Virus record (IMG/VR): IMGVR_UViG_3300010151_000015 | Coordinates: 1 to 56,285 of that record | Strand: one strand, 5' to 3' | From: a virus | Lineage: Duplodnaviria; Caudoviricetes | Length of the DNA: 56,285 nucleotides | Shown here: piece by piece, positions 8,322-17,201 of the stretch | How positions within the stretch are numbered: the stretch's first letter is position 1 | Layout: every line of letters starts with the position of its first letter | Notes under the pieces: generated by a model | Told to the model about the DNA's origin: nothing | What the model saw: only the letters and a program-made list of their open reading frames with translations | The model's database searches: none | Program-made: the position numbers and the translations under genes

Positions 8322-10612
8322 TCTACAAATGCCTGTCCTGGGGCTGCTCGGCCCATAGGCTCTACAGCTGGTGTGGTTACTTGCGGGGACTGGCCTGCAA
8401 GCTGTTTCTGGGTCGTGAGCTTCATCACCATCTCAGTGAGTGATGCCTTGATCTTCTGCAAGACCTCCGCCTCATGGCCCTCGCGATCAAGCTCACCCAA
8501 CTCAGCGTCAACCTGCTTCATGATGGAATTGAACTCAATCTCTTTATTGGCCAGCTCAAGCTCTTGTGCCAGCTTGGCTTGGGCCAGTTCAGCCCTAAGC
8601 TGCTCTTTGCCCATCTCGCCTTCAGCCTTGATCTGCGCGACTTCAACAGACGAATCAGGTGCAGGCTGGGACATCTGCTCGACAACCTTCTTCCATTCCT
8701 CATCATCGTACTGGAATCGGGCTGGGTCAAACTTCTGGCCCTTGAGGTGTTCCTCCATCCACTTGTGTGGATCTAGGCCAAATTTCGGCTCGAGAACCAA
8801 CTCGCCCATGCTCTGGATGAATTGATTATCAGCATCTCTCTGCAGCAATCCGGCAGATCCGTGGGCCTTGATCTCGAAATCACCCTTCATCTCGTCTTCG
8901 CCGTACATGAGTAGGAACTCGTAGTACCGGCGGATGTGGGGTTCTGTGATCATGTCATCGAACAATCGAGCTATACGGCGCATCACTGTTGATGCGTTAT
9001 TGTGCAATATCTGCATGCCGCCAACCGTCTCTGGGGCCGATCCCTGCTGGCCTTGTAGGATTAAAGGCATACCGGTTACGTCTTCCGCCATCTTCAGGGC
9101 GATATCCATAATCAGCTTCAAATCATCGGTCATCATGTCCATCTGGACAAAGCGGAACGCCTTATCCACATCATTGAGATCCGCGTCTTCTCCAGCCTGC
9201 CAGCCCTTTCTCGGGGCAATCTCCAGTCTGCCGTCAATCGGTGTGACCAATCCCTGGAGAAAGATCCACATAGGCCCAGCAGCCATACCGGCGTTGTCCA
9301 TCATATTCCTGGCAGCACCGTTCACTACCCTCTGTGGGTTGCGGATCTGCCGTGATACCCCTATTCCCCATGGTCTTCCGGCCATTCTCTGCCATACCAT
9401 GAAGTCGTAAGGGATCTCTCCAGAGTCGAGCGGGTTCTTGATAGCCCTGATGACCCTGTTATTGACCATTGTTATTGCTACATCGACGTAGGACAGCGCA
9501 TCTTCTGGCGTATCCATGCCGATCCCAGTCATATCCTCTTTTGAAAGTCTGCCGTAGTAGTGCCAGATCTCGAACAGATCCATCTTCTGCTGCTCGTCCA
9601 GGCCGACCTTGTTATCTCTACCGCTGCCAGCGTCCTCGAACTTCTGGATAGCCCTGTGTGGGCCTTCAAGGATAGCCTCGCCAACCTCTTTCTCGTTGTA
9701 ATCCTCGCCTTTGGCCATCTCCTGGAGCAGCTTCTCGCCAATAAAGTCTCGTTCAAAGAAGTCGCTGCCCTTGTGGATGTTCTCCCCACAGCCGCTATCT
9801 GGGTAGCAGTTCCATGGATCAACCCTGATCGATACCGGCACGGTCTCTTCATTGACTTGAAGCTCGCCGTCTACATAGGCAATACTTCTCTTCCTCTGCG
9901 GGACTGGGCCTTTCAATACTCCAGTGCCGAGCTTGGCCGCATCATGGATGACTAAACGCATCTCGGTAATGTACTGACATTCGACATGCCAGTCCGCTAT
10001 CTGCTTCTCGGCCATCTTGGCCTTATCCCGAGCTTCCTGCATCTCGGCAGCAACCTGATCTACCAGCTCTGTTCTGGTCTTCAAAGCCGCTGTAGTGGCC
10101 CCTTCCATGTCCATATCGCCGTCATCTACTTGCTGCTGGAAGCTGCTATCGATCTGACTGTTAACCTTCTGGGGGATCTTGCCTTCTGCTATCTGGGCCA
10201 GTTCTGGGATGGGAGTAGGGGCTAGGGTCCAGCTTCTGTCCGCTGTCGGCAAAAGCATGTCCCCAACCCTGGCATCTGATGCGTCTACATAGGGACGAGT
10301 GATGTTGAAGAAGATGTCTGATCCATGGGTCTCTCCGGATCTTACGTCAGCTCGGCCCCAGGGCTTTGTTTCGGTAGTGTCGGCGCGGCTGGTATAGTCA
10401 ATACCTTCGTAGTGATCGTCGTCCTCTCGCCAGATATTCTCCATCCCAGACTCTTCTCTGTGTTGGATGGCCTTGGATCGCTTCTCGGCCAGCATTAGCC
10501 CGATCTTGTCTAGGTTCTTCTTGAGATCCTCTTCCGAAAGTTCCTTCTCAGAATAGTTCTCCTGATAGTGAAGGTCGTCGTCTTCCCGCGTGGCCAGTGG
10601 TAAGTCTGTCAT
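8318..10612 (-). CDS. Portal protein (P22/N4-like, with long C-terminal coiled-coil barrel)
   Basis: 764 aa; DAAKLGTGVLKGP, RVDPWNCYPD and PWGIGVSRQIRNPQRVVN motifs; position after TerL. Confidence 0.9.
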   Translation of the reverse strand: MTDLPLATREDDDLHYQENYSEKELSEEDLKKNLDKIGLMLAEKRSKAIQHREESGMENIWREDDDHYEGIDYTSRADTTETKPWGRADVRSGETHGSDIFFNITRPYVDASDARVGDMLLPTADRSWTLAPTPIPELAQIAEGKIPQKVNSQIDSSFQQQVDDGDMDMEGATTAALKTRTELVDQVAAEMQEARDKAKMAEKQIADWHVECQYITEMRLVIHDAAKLGTGVLKGPVPQRKRSIAYVDGELQVNEETVPVSIRVDPWNCYPDSGCGENIHKGSDFFERDFIGEKLLQEMAKGEDYNEKEVGEAILEGPHRAIQKFEDAGSGRDNKVGLDEQQKMDLFEIWHYYGRLSKEDMTGIGMDTPEDALSYVDVAITMVNNRVIRAIKNPLDSGEIPYDFMVWQRMAGRPWGIGVSRQIRNPQRVVNGAARNMMDNAGMAAGPMWIFLQGLVTPIDGRLEIAPRKGWQAGEDADLNDVDKAFRFVQMDMMTDDLKLIMDIALKMAEDVTGMPLILQGQQGSAPETVGGMQILHNNASTVMRRIARLFDDMITEPHIRRYYEFLLMYGEDEMKGDFEIKAHGSAGLLQRDADNQFIQSMGELVLEPKFGLDPHKWMEEHLKGQKFDPARFQYDDEEWKKVVEQMSQPAPDSSVEVAQIKAEGEMGKEQLRAELAQAKLAQELELANKEIEFNSIMKQVDAELGELDREGHEAEVLQKIKASLTEMVMKLTTQKQLAGQSPQVTTPAVEPMGRAAPGQAFVE

Positions 10613-10932
10613 TCGTCTGACCTCTTCATAATAGTTTTGTCGTCGTCCGGAGATCCTCCTGCCGCCAATCTAGCCTTACGCAGCTCTACATCCGCCCGTT
10701 GTCTCTCTGATTCGGCCTGCTGAATCCGGTCCTTGTGCTTGATGTTGGTATAAGACGCGAACATTAACATCACTCCTCCCAGCACACCGAAGAGATAGTG
10801 CAGGTTTGCAGGGACAACAAAGCCCCACATCTCGGCTCCCACCGCCCCAGATAACAGGACGATGCCTATAATGAACTCCAGCTTCGCAGCCGGAGGTATA
10901 TCATCGAGCAGTAGGAGGAGCGCCTTAATCAT
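10609..10932 (-). CDS. Small membrane protein (2 TM, possibly holin-like)
   Basis: Two hydrophobic segments and a charged C-terminus. Confidence 0.55.
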   Translation of the reverse strand: MIKALLLLLDDIPPAAKLEFIIGIVLLSGAVGAEMWGFVVPANLHYLFGVLGGVMLMFASYTNIKHKDRIQQAESERQRADVELRKARLAAGGSPDDDKTIMKRSDE

Positions 10933-11221
10933 TGTCTGGCAACGCCGGTTCTAGAGCGCCCACAGCGTTAGCGATGGATTTCAGGGTCAGCTTGATGTAC
11001 TTGTTGTCCTGTTTAAGCAGCTCGATCTCGGTCTCATGGTGTTGCTGAATCTTCTCCATCTCCGCCATACGGGCATGATCAGACTTCGCGTGATTCCATA
11101 TCTGATTTCTAGTGTCTTCCGCCGCCTCTGATTGTATATACCCGCCAACCAGTACGACAAAGAACCCCAGTAACATGGGCGCTAACCACTTCGGAATCTT
11201 GATCTCTTCTCCGTTTGGCAC
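10925..11221 (-). CDS. Small membrane-anchored coiled-coil protein
   Basis: One TM segment (WLAPMLLGFFVVLVGGY) followed by a coiled coil; AGGAG RBS. Confidence 0.55.
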   Translation of the reverse strand: MPNGEEIKIPKWLAPMLLGFFVVLVGGYIQSEAAEDTRNQIWNHAKSDHARMAEMEKIQQHHETEIELLKQDNKYIKLTLKSIANAVGALEPALPDND

Positions 11222-11240
11222 AACATCTCTCCTTCAGCGC

Positions 11241-11768
11241 TTAGTTCTGTTCGATGGTTAGCGTTACCGTGTAAATTTCACTCGCCACTGGGATGTAAGT
11301 ATTCCCTAGGACAGCTTGGCAGAAGATGCTCGACACGCCTGATCCCTTGACTACAGGGACATGGTGTTTCAGACCGGTGACTATCTGGGACTGATTACCA
11401 CCAGCGCCTCCCGTTCTTGAGCCTGGGAGGTAGCTACCGGTAGCGAAGTTTATCGCCCCTATCTCTGTGAGCAAGTGGGCATCTGTCGGGGTCCACGCCA
11501 CATTATCCGCAGTCTCTGTGATCGCGGTATGGAACAACCTTAGATCTATATCTGGGGCAGTTGCGACATACGAGCTGACATTGAGCCTTGCCTCCACAAT
11601 CGTACCCGTCTTCGTGTTGTCATCGAGACAGTTCAGGAAGGTGAAGAAATCGTTGGTGGTAACTTCTGATAATGCGTCACCAATGGCATATTGCGTGGTG
11701 GTGGCTGGTCTGGTGATCGAATCTGTGACGAATCGAACAGCCCTGGTTAACTGGACTCTTTGTGGCAT
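11241..11768 (-). CDS. Hypothetical, probably virion-associated beta-rich protein
   Basis: 175 aa, T-rich, AGGAG RBS, between TerL and portal. Confidence 0.55.
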   Translation of the reverse strand: MPQRVQLTRAVRFVTDSITRPATTTQYAIGDALSEVTTNDFFTFLNCLDDNTKTGTIVEARLNVSSYVATAPDIDLRLFHTAITETADNVAWTPTDAHLLTEIGAINFATGSYLPGSRTGGAGGNQSQIVTGLKHHVPVVKGSGVSSIFCQAVLGNTYIPVASEIYTVTLTIEQN

Positions 11769-11803
11769 GACTATCTCCTAACGCAATCTAATTGTAGTTT
11801 TGT

Positions 11804-13390
11804 TTAGTAACCGACTCCCGCATCGGTCATCCTCCTCGGTACAACAACGAGAGGGGGAGGCTCTCGTTTTGGCGCTACAGTCTTTATGTCCTCATCACAT
11901 AATCTACTCATCATATCAAGAAAATCATCGAACTCTGCTAGAGGAAAGTTCCCGTACTCCTCTTCAATAATGTCTTTTATGATATCACGGGCCGATCCGT
12001 CAACCATTGTTTTGAACATCGTCTGGGGTAACCAGATCCTCGATGCCGCGAACAAGGGGATTAATCGCCGGATTCTGTCCTCTTTCACCATCTTGCCGCC
12101 AAGTTCTATGATCTTGAACCGGTAGTCCAGCTGCTCCATCTGAGTTTGAATATGAGCGATGTCAGTCTGTGCGCCGTACTGCTCATATCCTACCGCTACG
12201 GGCCTATACTGCTCATGCCATTCAAAGAGCTGCTTGGTCCTCTCGACAAGGTTTAAACGGTCCCTGATCCCGTCTAGCAAGTAATAGTTCCCATCCGGCG
12301 CGTAGGAGAATACCCCCATGGCCGTGTTATCTCTCCGGCCTTTGACCCCAGGCTTTCTCTCTCCTGCTGGATCTACGAGGATTATCTTGTTGCCTCTTCG
12401 CGGCATCTTAGTGTAATAGTTCAGCCAGGACATCTGCAGCTCACCACCACCCTTCGGAGTAGGTCTTTGCTGATACTGTCCTGCAGTAACGTATGGACCC
12501 CAGACTTCCTTCTGGGCCGTGATGGCTTTCTCGTCCACCATCCCCCTGAACAGTAATTCACCTGGGGAAGTTCTCGGATCAACAATATCAGGCCTATCGA
12601 TGTCCCGATCCGCATTGAAGATAATATCTGGATCGTATTCCATGGGAATGACGAGATTGACCCACTTCAGTTCTTTGTAGGCCAACAGGTGGCCGGTGAT
12701 GTCCTTCGCATGCAACCTCTGCATGATGACAATTACAGCAGATTCGTTGGCAGAGTTAAGGCGAGAAGACCAAGCATTATCCCAGCGATCAAGAATATTT
12801 TCTCTCTCTCTATCGGATTCGGTTCCTTGCGCGTCATGAGGGTCATCCCATATTACCGTGTCACCACGTTTACCAGTAACCTTGGCCGTCACACCCTGTG
12901 ATAGCCTTAATCCCTGCTGTGTGTTGGTGAACAGGGTTTTCTCGCCCTGCTCCTTGGATATCGAGACCGTATCTCCCCAGTTCTCCTGATACCACTCGGA
13001 ATCAATCAGCTGGCGCATCTTCAATGCGTCTCTGGTGGCCAATGTCCCCTCGTTACTGCCGCACAAGAATCTATGCGGAGCGTCCCTTGTCCATACCCAG
13101 GCAGGGTAGAACACCGAGACAATCAGGCTCTTCATCATGCCTGGGGGAATGTTGATGATTAATCGCCGGATCTTCTCGGCCCTGACCGCTTCAAGATAAG
13201 CGCATAGCACATCGAGATGCCAGTTCCACTTCAGCTCGGTCCCAGGCTCTAATATAGACCATGCTGCCCTGATAAACTCTGCTAGGGATTCTTCCTGCTT
13301 GCGCTTGTTGTTGCGGATCTTGACCTGCTCCAACATGGCATGGAGGTCTTCATCCCCCAGACTTGATAGATCTAGCTGTGCTTCACTCAT
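11804..13390 (-). CDS. terL: Terminase large subunit
   Basis: RLIINIPPGMMKS (Walker A region), GKRGDTVIWDDPH (Walker B), IVIMQRLH, YQQRP; nuclease domain with ILVDPA and FDDFLDMMS. Confidence 0.95.
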   Translation of the reverse strand: MSEAQLDLSSLGDEDLHAMLEQVKIRNNKRKQEESLAEFIRAAWSILEPGTELKWNWHLDVLCAYLEAVRAEKIRRLIINIPPGMMKSLIVSVFYPAWVWTRDAPHRFLCGSNEGTLATRDALKMRQLIDSEWYQENWGDTVSISKEQGEKTLFTNTQQGLRLSQGVTAKVTGKRGDTVIWDDPHDAQGTESDRERENILDRWDNAWSSRLNSANESAVIVIMQRLHAKDITGHLLAYKELKWVNLVIPMEYDPDIIFNADRDIDRPDIVDPRTSPGELLFRGMVDEKAITAQKEVWGPYVTAGQYQQRPTPKGGGELQMSWLNYYTKMPRRGNKIILVDPAGERKPGVKGRRDNTAMGVFSYAPDGNYYLLDGIRDRLNLVERTKQLFEWHEQYRPVAVGYEQYGAQTDIAHIQTQMEQLDYRFKIIELGGKMVKEDRIRRLIPLFAASRIWLPQTMFKTMVDGSARDIIKDIIEEEYGNFPLAEFDDFLDMMSRLCDEDIKTVAPKREPPPLVVVPRRMTDAGVGY

Positions 13391-13489
13391 ATACCGCCGT
13401 CACTTTGCAGGCCGCACCAAGCTCTGCCGCTATCTCATTCCCAGAGGAATCAACAATGACCGCTTCTTTACTCCGCCCTATAGGTCTCA

Positions 13490-13783
13490 TCAGCCCTGCG
13501 CCATCGGTTTGAAAGTGAGGGTGATATTGCCAGTACCAGAAGCATTCGGCACGACAATGAGATTGTCAGTGAATTCGGCGTTGTCGCAGTCGTATGAATT
13601 ACCAGCCGCTGCTGACGCAGGAATGGTGAATAGGGTGTCGGTGCCGTTCTTGATTGCTACCGAATGGGCGCTGAGAACAACATTAATGAACACGCCACTG
13701 AGCGTCACGGCCTTCTCGGAGACCGTTATTGTCCCGTTTGAGAGGTCTACCGCTTTAGGTGTGGTGCCTTTATTTCCAGCCAT
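13490..13783 (-). CDS. Hypothetical small beta-rich protein
   Basis: 97-aa ORF upstream of terL. Confidence 0.5.
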   Translation of the reverse strand: MAGNKGTTPKAVDLSNGTITVSEKAVTLSGVFINVVLSAHSVAIKNGTDTLFTIPASAAAGNSYDCDNAEFTDNLIVVPNASGTGNITLTFKPMAQG

Positions 13784-13803
13784 CCGCGCAGTATAGCGCG
13801 AAT

Positions 13804-15213
13804 TTAATCGTATCTCCTACAACAATACCCTGTGAACGATCCTTGAAGCAGGGTGACATTGAAGAACTGGGCTAGGATCTGCTGCCACTGCTTCGGGGTT
13901 TTATGCTCCCGATTGCCACATGCAGCCGTCCCACTCAGGGCCGCTTCGGACACAACGGCGATCAGCGCGGTTCCCCCAGGCTTCAACAGGTGATAGATAT
14001 TCACGAGTATCAGGTCGATTAAATGATCACTTGGTTGAACATTGAGGACATAGTTGCACATGACCGTGTCATACTGGATTAGTAACACCTCCGGATCTGG
14101 ATGAGTGATCATGTCGTACTTCTCAAACTCATGCTCCTCCTTGCCGCACCCATAGTCCAATATGGCCCCTTGAAGGAGTTCTTCGTTCCGGTAATACCGT
14201 AAGGGGGATGATCCCCTAGAAAGTGCCGTAGCACCCCCATATTCCCCATCGTCACGCTTCTCAGGGGGTTCTTCAACCACAAAGAGCTTCTGGATCTCGT
14301 CTTCCGCAAATCCGGTCTGGGTCAGGTCTGTAACGTCCATATCCCCCAGGTCCGTGATCTCAAGCCGCAATAATTCGTCATTCCACTCAGCCGCTTCCCC
14401 AACCTTGTTATCCGCGATCCGGTACGCCTTTACCTGGGCCGGAGTCAGTTTATCCGCCACAATGACCGGCATCTCCAGCCAAGCCAAGGATAACGCAGCC
14501 AAATACCTTGTATGGCCTACAATGATCACACCGTCACTATCCACAACAATCGGCTGCTGCCAGCCATACTCTTTCAGGGATACCGCCACCTTCTGGATGG
14601 CTGATGCGTTATCGCGGGGATTCCTGTGATATGGGTGGATCTTATCGGATGACCATGTCTGGACGTTCATTGATGGAGATGGATGATCCTTGACCACTCT
14701 GAGATCCGGCTTCACTGGCTCGTCAATGAGATGCTCGAGCGGTAGGCCGAACTTCATCAACTGGGTCTCCCAGGCTTTAATCGATCCACCCTTGGCCGGT
14801 TCAGTCAGAGTCTGGAGCCACTGGAATGACCAGTTATAGGCCTCCTCGACATCAAATCCCTCGTAATCATCCTTTACCCAGAGCCACTTGTGATGCCATA
14901 CCCCGCAACTGGCCCCGAGCTTTACCTCACCCTCGTGCATATAGGTTAAGGTCTTGCCCACCGTAGGCTCCCTGGCCGTATCAAAGTCTGGGGCCTCATC
15001 CAGTCGAACCTTGCCACTCCTCAGATCCACCATCACGCAATCGAACAGAAAGGCCTCAGTATCAGCCGCCGACAGTATCCTCTCCCAAGTCCCTGGATCG
15101 ATGTACTCCTCCCAATACTGCCGGTGAAAGTACAACTTCCCACTGATCTCCTTGCCGACATTATCTCCGGCCCTCTTGATCACAGACCCCTTCAGCGTTC
15201 TCAACTCCTTCAT
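13804..15213 (-). CDS. Three-domain protein: Dnd-associated methyltransferase accessory domain + ParB/Srx-like domain + SAM-dependent methyltransferase
   Basis: ParB-N motifs PYHRNPR, EYGWQQPIVVD..GVIIVGHTRYLAA, AYRIADNK; MTase motifs ILDYGCG and YDTVMCNYVLNV. ATG at 15213 overlaps the upstream stop (ATGA); the ORF track uses 15219. Confidence 0.8.
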   Translation of the reverse strand: MKELRTLKGSVIKRAGDNVGKEISGKLYFHRQYWEEYIDPGTWERILSAADTEAFLFDCVMVDLRSGKVRLDEAPDFDTAREPTVGKTLTYMHEGEVKLGASCGVWHHKWLWVKDDYEGFDVEEAYNWSFQWLQTLTEPAKGGSIKAWETQLMKFGLPLEHLIDEPVKPDLRVVKDHPSPSMNVQTWSSDKIHPYHRNPRDNASAIQKVAVSLKEYGWQQPIVVDSDGVIIVGHTRYLAALSLAWLEMPVIVADKLTPAQVKAYRIADNKVGEAAEWNDELLRLEITDLGDMDVTDLTQTGFAEDEIQKLFVVEEPPEKRDDGEYGGATALSRGSSPLRYYRNEELLQGAILDYGCGKEEHEFEKYDMITHPDPEVLLIQYDTVMCNYVLNVQPSDHLIDLILVNIYHLLKPGGTALIAVVSEAALSGTAACGNREHKTPKQWQQILAQFFNVTLLQGSFTGYCCRRYD

Positions 15214-15365
15214 TTCCAATCCTCTATACTGATGCGTAAATGCCTGATCTCTACAGACATATCGTGTATCTCATCTACTAGCTGCCTCACGGCCATGGCA
15301 ATAACAATGGCCGATAGCCCTATCTCGAAAACGAGAGCAAGCAGCAGCCACCAGTATGCTGTCAT
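15210..15365 (-). CDS. Small membrane protein (51 aa)
   Basis: MTAYWWLLLALVFEIGLSAIVIAMAVRQLVDE...; GGAGG RBS and ATGA coupling at both ends; below the ORF-track size limit. Confidence 0.5.
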   Translation of the reverse strand: MTAYWWLLLALVFEIGLSAIVIAMAVRQLVDEIHDMSVEIRHLRISIEDWK

Positions 15366-15523
15366 TCAGCCTCCAACTCAGCAATCCTGCCTAACGCAAC
15401 ACTAAAGAATCGCCCTTCCCTCATTGCTTCCCTTGCCCAATCAGGCATCAGCGTCACGGCCTATGTTATATCCCACCCAACACCCGATAATGAAACTCAC
15501 CACCGCTAGCATTATTGTCTCAA

Positions 15524-16150
15524 TCATTTCGCTGGCCCTATCCGTAGGCTAATCGTAAACCCTTTCCATGCTTTTTGAATGTCGGTACTCCAATCGTGAG
15601 TGTTGTGCCACATTTCAATCTTGTGGCCGATCCGGAAAGCAAACGCCGCCTTACGCCCGATCTTCTTAACAATGTAGTAGCTGTAGTAGTGGAATCTCTG
15701 GTCGTCGGCCCGAAGGAACTGCCAGCCGTAAACTCCTCTGGAATCATGGACATACTGCTGCCCAGCCAGAACTCGGGTCTTGGCTTCACGCATATTGACC
15801 GATAGCCCCCTGGTAAATCGCATGTTGTTCACAGGGTTCCGGACAGCCAGCCACCACCATTGATTCAGGAACTGGTCAGATCCGCCCCAGACAATCCCAT
15901 TCGCATCCCAGTAGCCCCGCCGGTCTCCCTTGGCCCCCTCTCTATCATTTCCCCAGATCCACGCCCACCTAGGTAGAGAGACAAGCCACCAAGATCTGCC
16001 GGTGTTGTACTCCGTAAACGGGTCTTTGAGCGATGATTCCGTCTTGAACAACAGCGCCACCGGCACTACGAACAACCCCAAAAACATCAGCGGTATCCGG
16101 ATCAATGCCAGTACCGTCCACTGCAACACAACCTCAAGTAGTATCTTCAT
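15524..16150 (-). CDS. Hypothetical Trp-rich membrane-associated phage protein
   Basis: 208 aa with an N-terminal TM segment, LPRWAWIWGND and WWWLAVRNPVNN; GGAGG RBS. Confidence 0.65.
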   Translation of the reverse strand: MKILLEVVLQWTVLALIRIPLMFLGLFVVPVALLFKTESSLKDPFTEYNTGRSWWLVSLPRWAWIWGNDREGAKGDRRGYWDANGIVWGGSDQFLNQWWWLAVRNPVNNMRFTRGLSVNMREAKTRVLAGQQYVHDSRGVYGWQFLRADDQRFHYYSYYIVKKIGRKAAFAFRIGHKIEMWHNTHDWSTDIQKAWKGFTISLRIGPAK

Positions 16151-16228
16151 AGCTCCTCCGTTAGTGTGGGCCTGCCAGACAACTCCGCCTCAACACGGCA
16201 TATTTCATAAACCAACTCCGCAATAATA

Positions 16229-16555
16229 TCACTCATCACTCTTCCCCTTCTCAGCCGCCCTCTTCCGCTTCATGTAATTAGCATGCTTCTCCCGACGAGC
16301 AGTGCATACAGCACAATCACCACCAGACCCACTCAGCGACTTCTCCAATACCGCAATCCTTAAATCGCGCTCCTCGCACCCAAGACACGCTTCAAGACTA
16401 TCAACCACCTTCTGGGCCATATCATCCACCCCCTTCTTCGTCACCTTAACTTTGACAGCCGGAGTCTTCACCTTCTCATCCGGCCAAATATGTGCCTCGC
16501 TACTCCAATGCTTACTACCGCATACCGAACACTTCGGCGCTCCTGTCTCTCCCAT
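16229..16555 (-). CDS. Small Cys-rich (Zn-binding), basic putative DNA-binding protein
   Basis: CSVC..H, CLGC and CAVC, then REKHANYMKRKRA. Confidence 0.6.
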   Translation of the reverse strand: MGETGAPKCSVCGSKHWSSEAHIWPDEKVKTPAVKVKVTKKGVDDMAQKVVDSLEACLGCEERDLRIAVLEKSLSGSGGDCAVCTARREKHANYMKRKRAAEKGKSDE

Positions 16556-16558
16556 CTC

Positions 16559-16672
16559 TGTGAACTCACTGTGAACTCACAAACCACAATATACCCCTGT
16601 GAACTCACATTCAACCCATTTGTGAACTCACAACCCCCTTTTGTGAACTCACATCAGGATATGTGAACTCAC
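16559..16672. repeat. Six copies of TGTGAACTCAC(A) (operator/iteron-like)
   Basis: Exact 11-mers start at 16559, 16570, 16598, 16621, 16642 and 16662; the 12-mer TGTGA-AC-TCACA has palindromic arms. Confidence 0.9.
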
Positions 16673-17058
16673 ATACCAATGCTGCTCAACACAATCCCCT
16701 ACACAGCCCAGCAGCTCTGGGTAAAGCACATCACACAATTACTTGGAAAATTTTGTGAAAATTGAGACGGGCATCCTATAAGAATTGAACAAGGCGCGGC
16801 GCGGCCTGTAAAAGGGGGGTCGGGGGGGGTCCGAAAGCCATAGAATGCGGCCTCCAGGGGAAAAGAAAGTTTCACACCTGCACATAAATAGTGGCCTCTA
16901 GCCGATCCGCAACCTTTATCGTGATGCACGAGACCTCCTATTGATGCGTCAATGAGCCGTCAATCACCACTATCATCCCCGTGAATGGGGCCTTGGATCT
17001 GGTGGATCTAGCCTGGGGTCAGGTGTTGATCCCAATAGAATCAATGACTTAGCTGCCT

Positions 17059-17086
17059 ATTTAACATAATGTTTATTACACGCACT
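17059..17086 (-). promoter_or_regulatory. dif: dif-like XerC/XerD recombination site
   Basis: - strand AGTGCGTGTAA-TAAACA-TTATGTTAAAT. The XerD arm is identical to E. coli dif (TTATGTTAAAT), the XerC arm matches 8/11 to GGTGCGCATAA, the spacer is 6 bp, and the site is intergenic. Confidence 0.85.
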
Positions 17087-17201
17087 CTCTATCCCCCAGC
17101 ACCTACTTACCCTGGAGGCCAATGAATACGGGGAGGTTGCCCCAACCCAGTGTTACCTGGGTCAAGGACTGCTACGGCCTCGAAGAGGAGGGAAGCCGTC
17201 A

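Noticed and set aside
16559-16672. Repeat array considered as a mini-CRISPR or as CRP sites
   Set aside because: Repeats are only 11-12 bp with 0-17 bp gaps and no cas genes. CRP needs TGTGA-N6-TCACA, whereas the spacer here is 2 bp.
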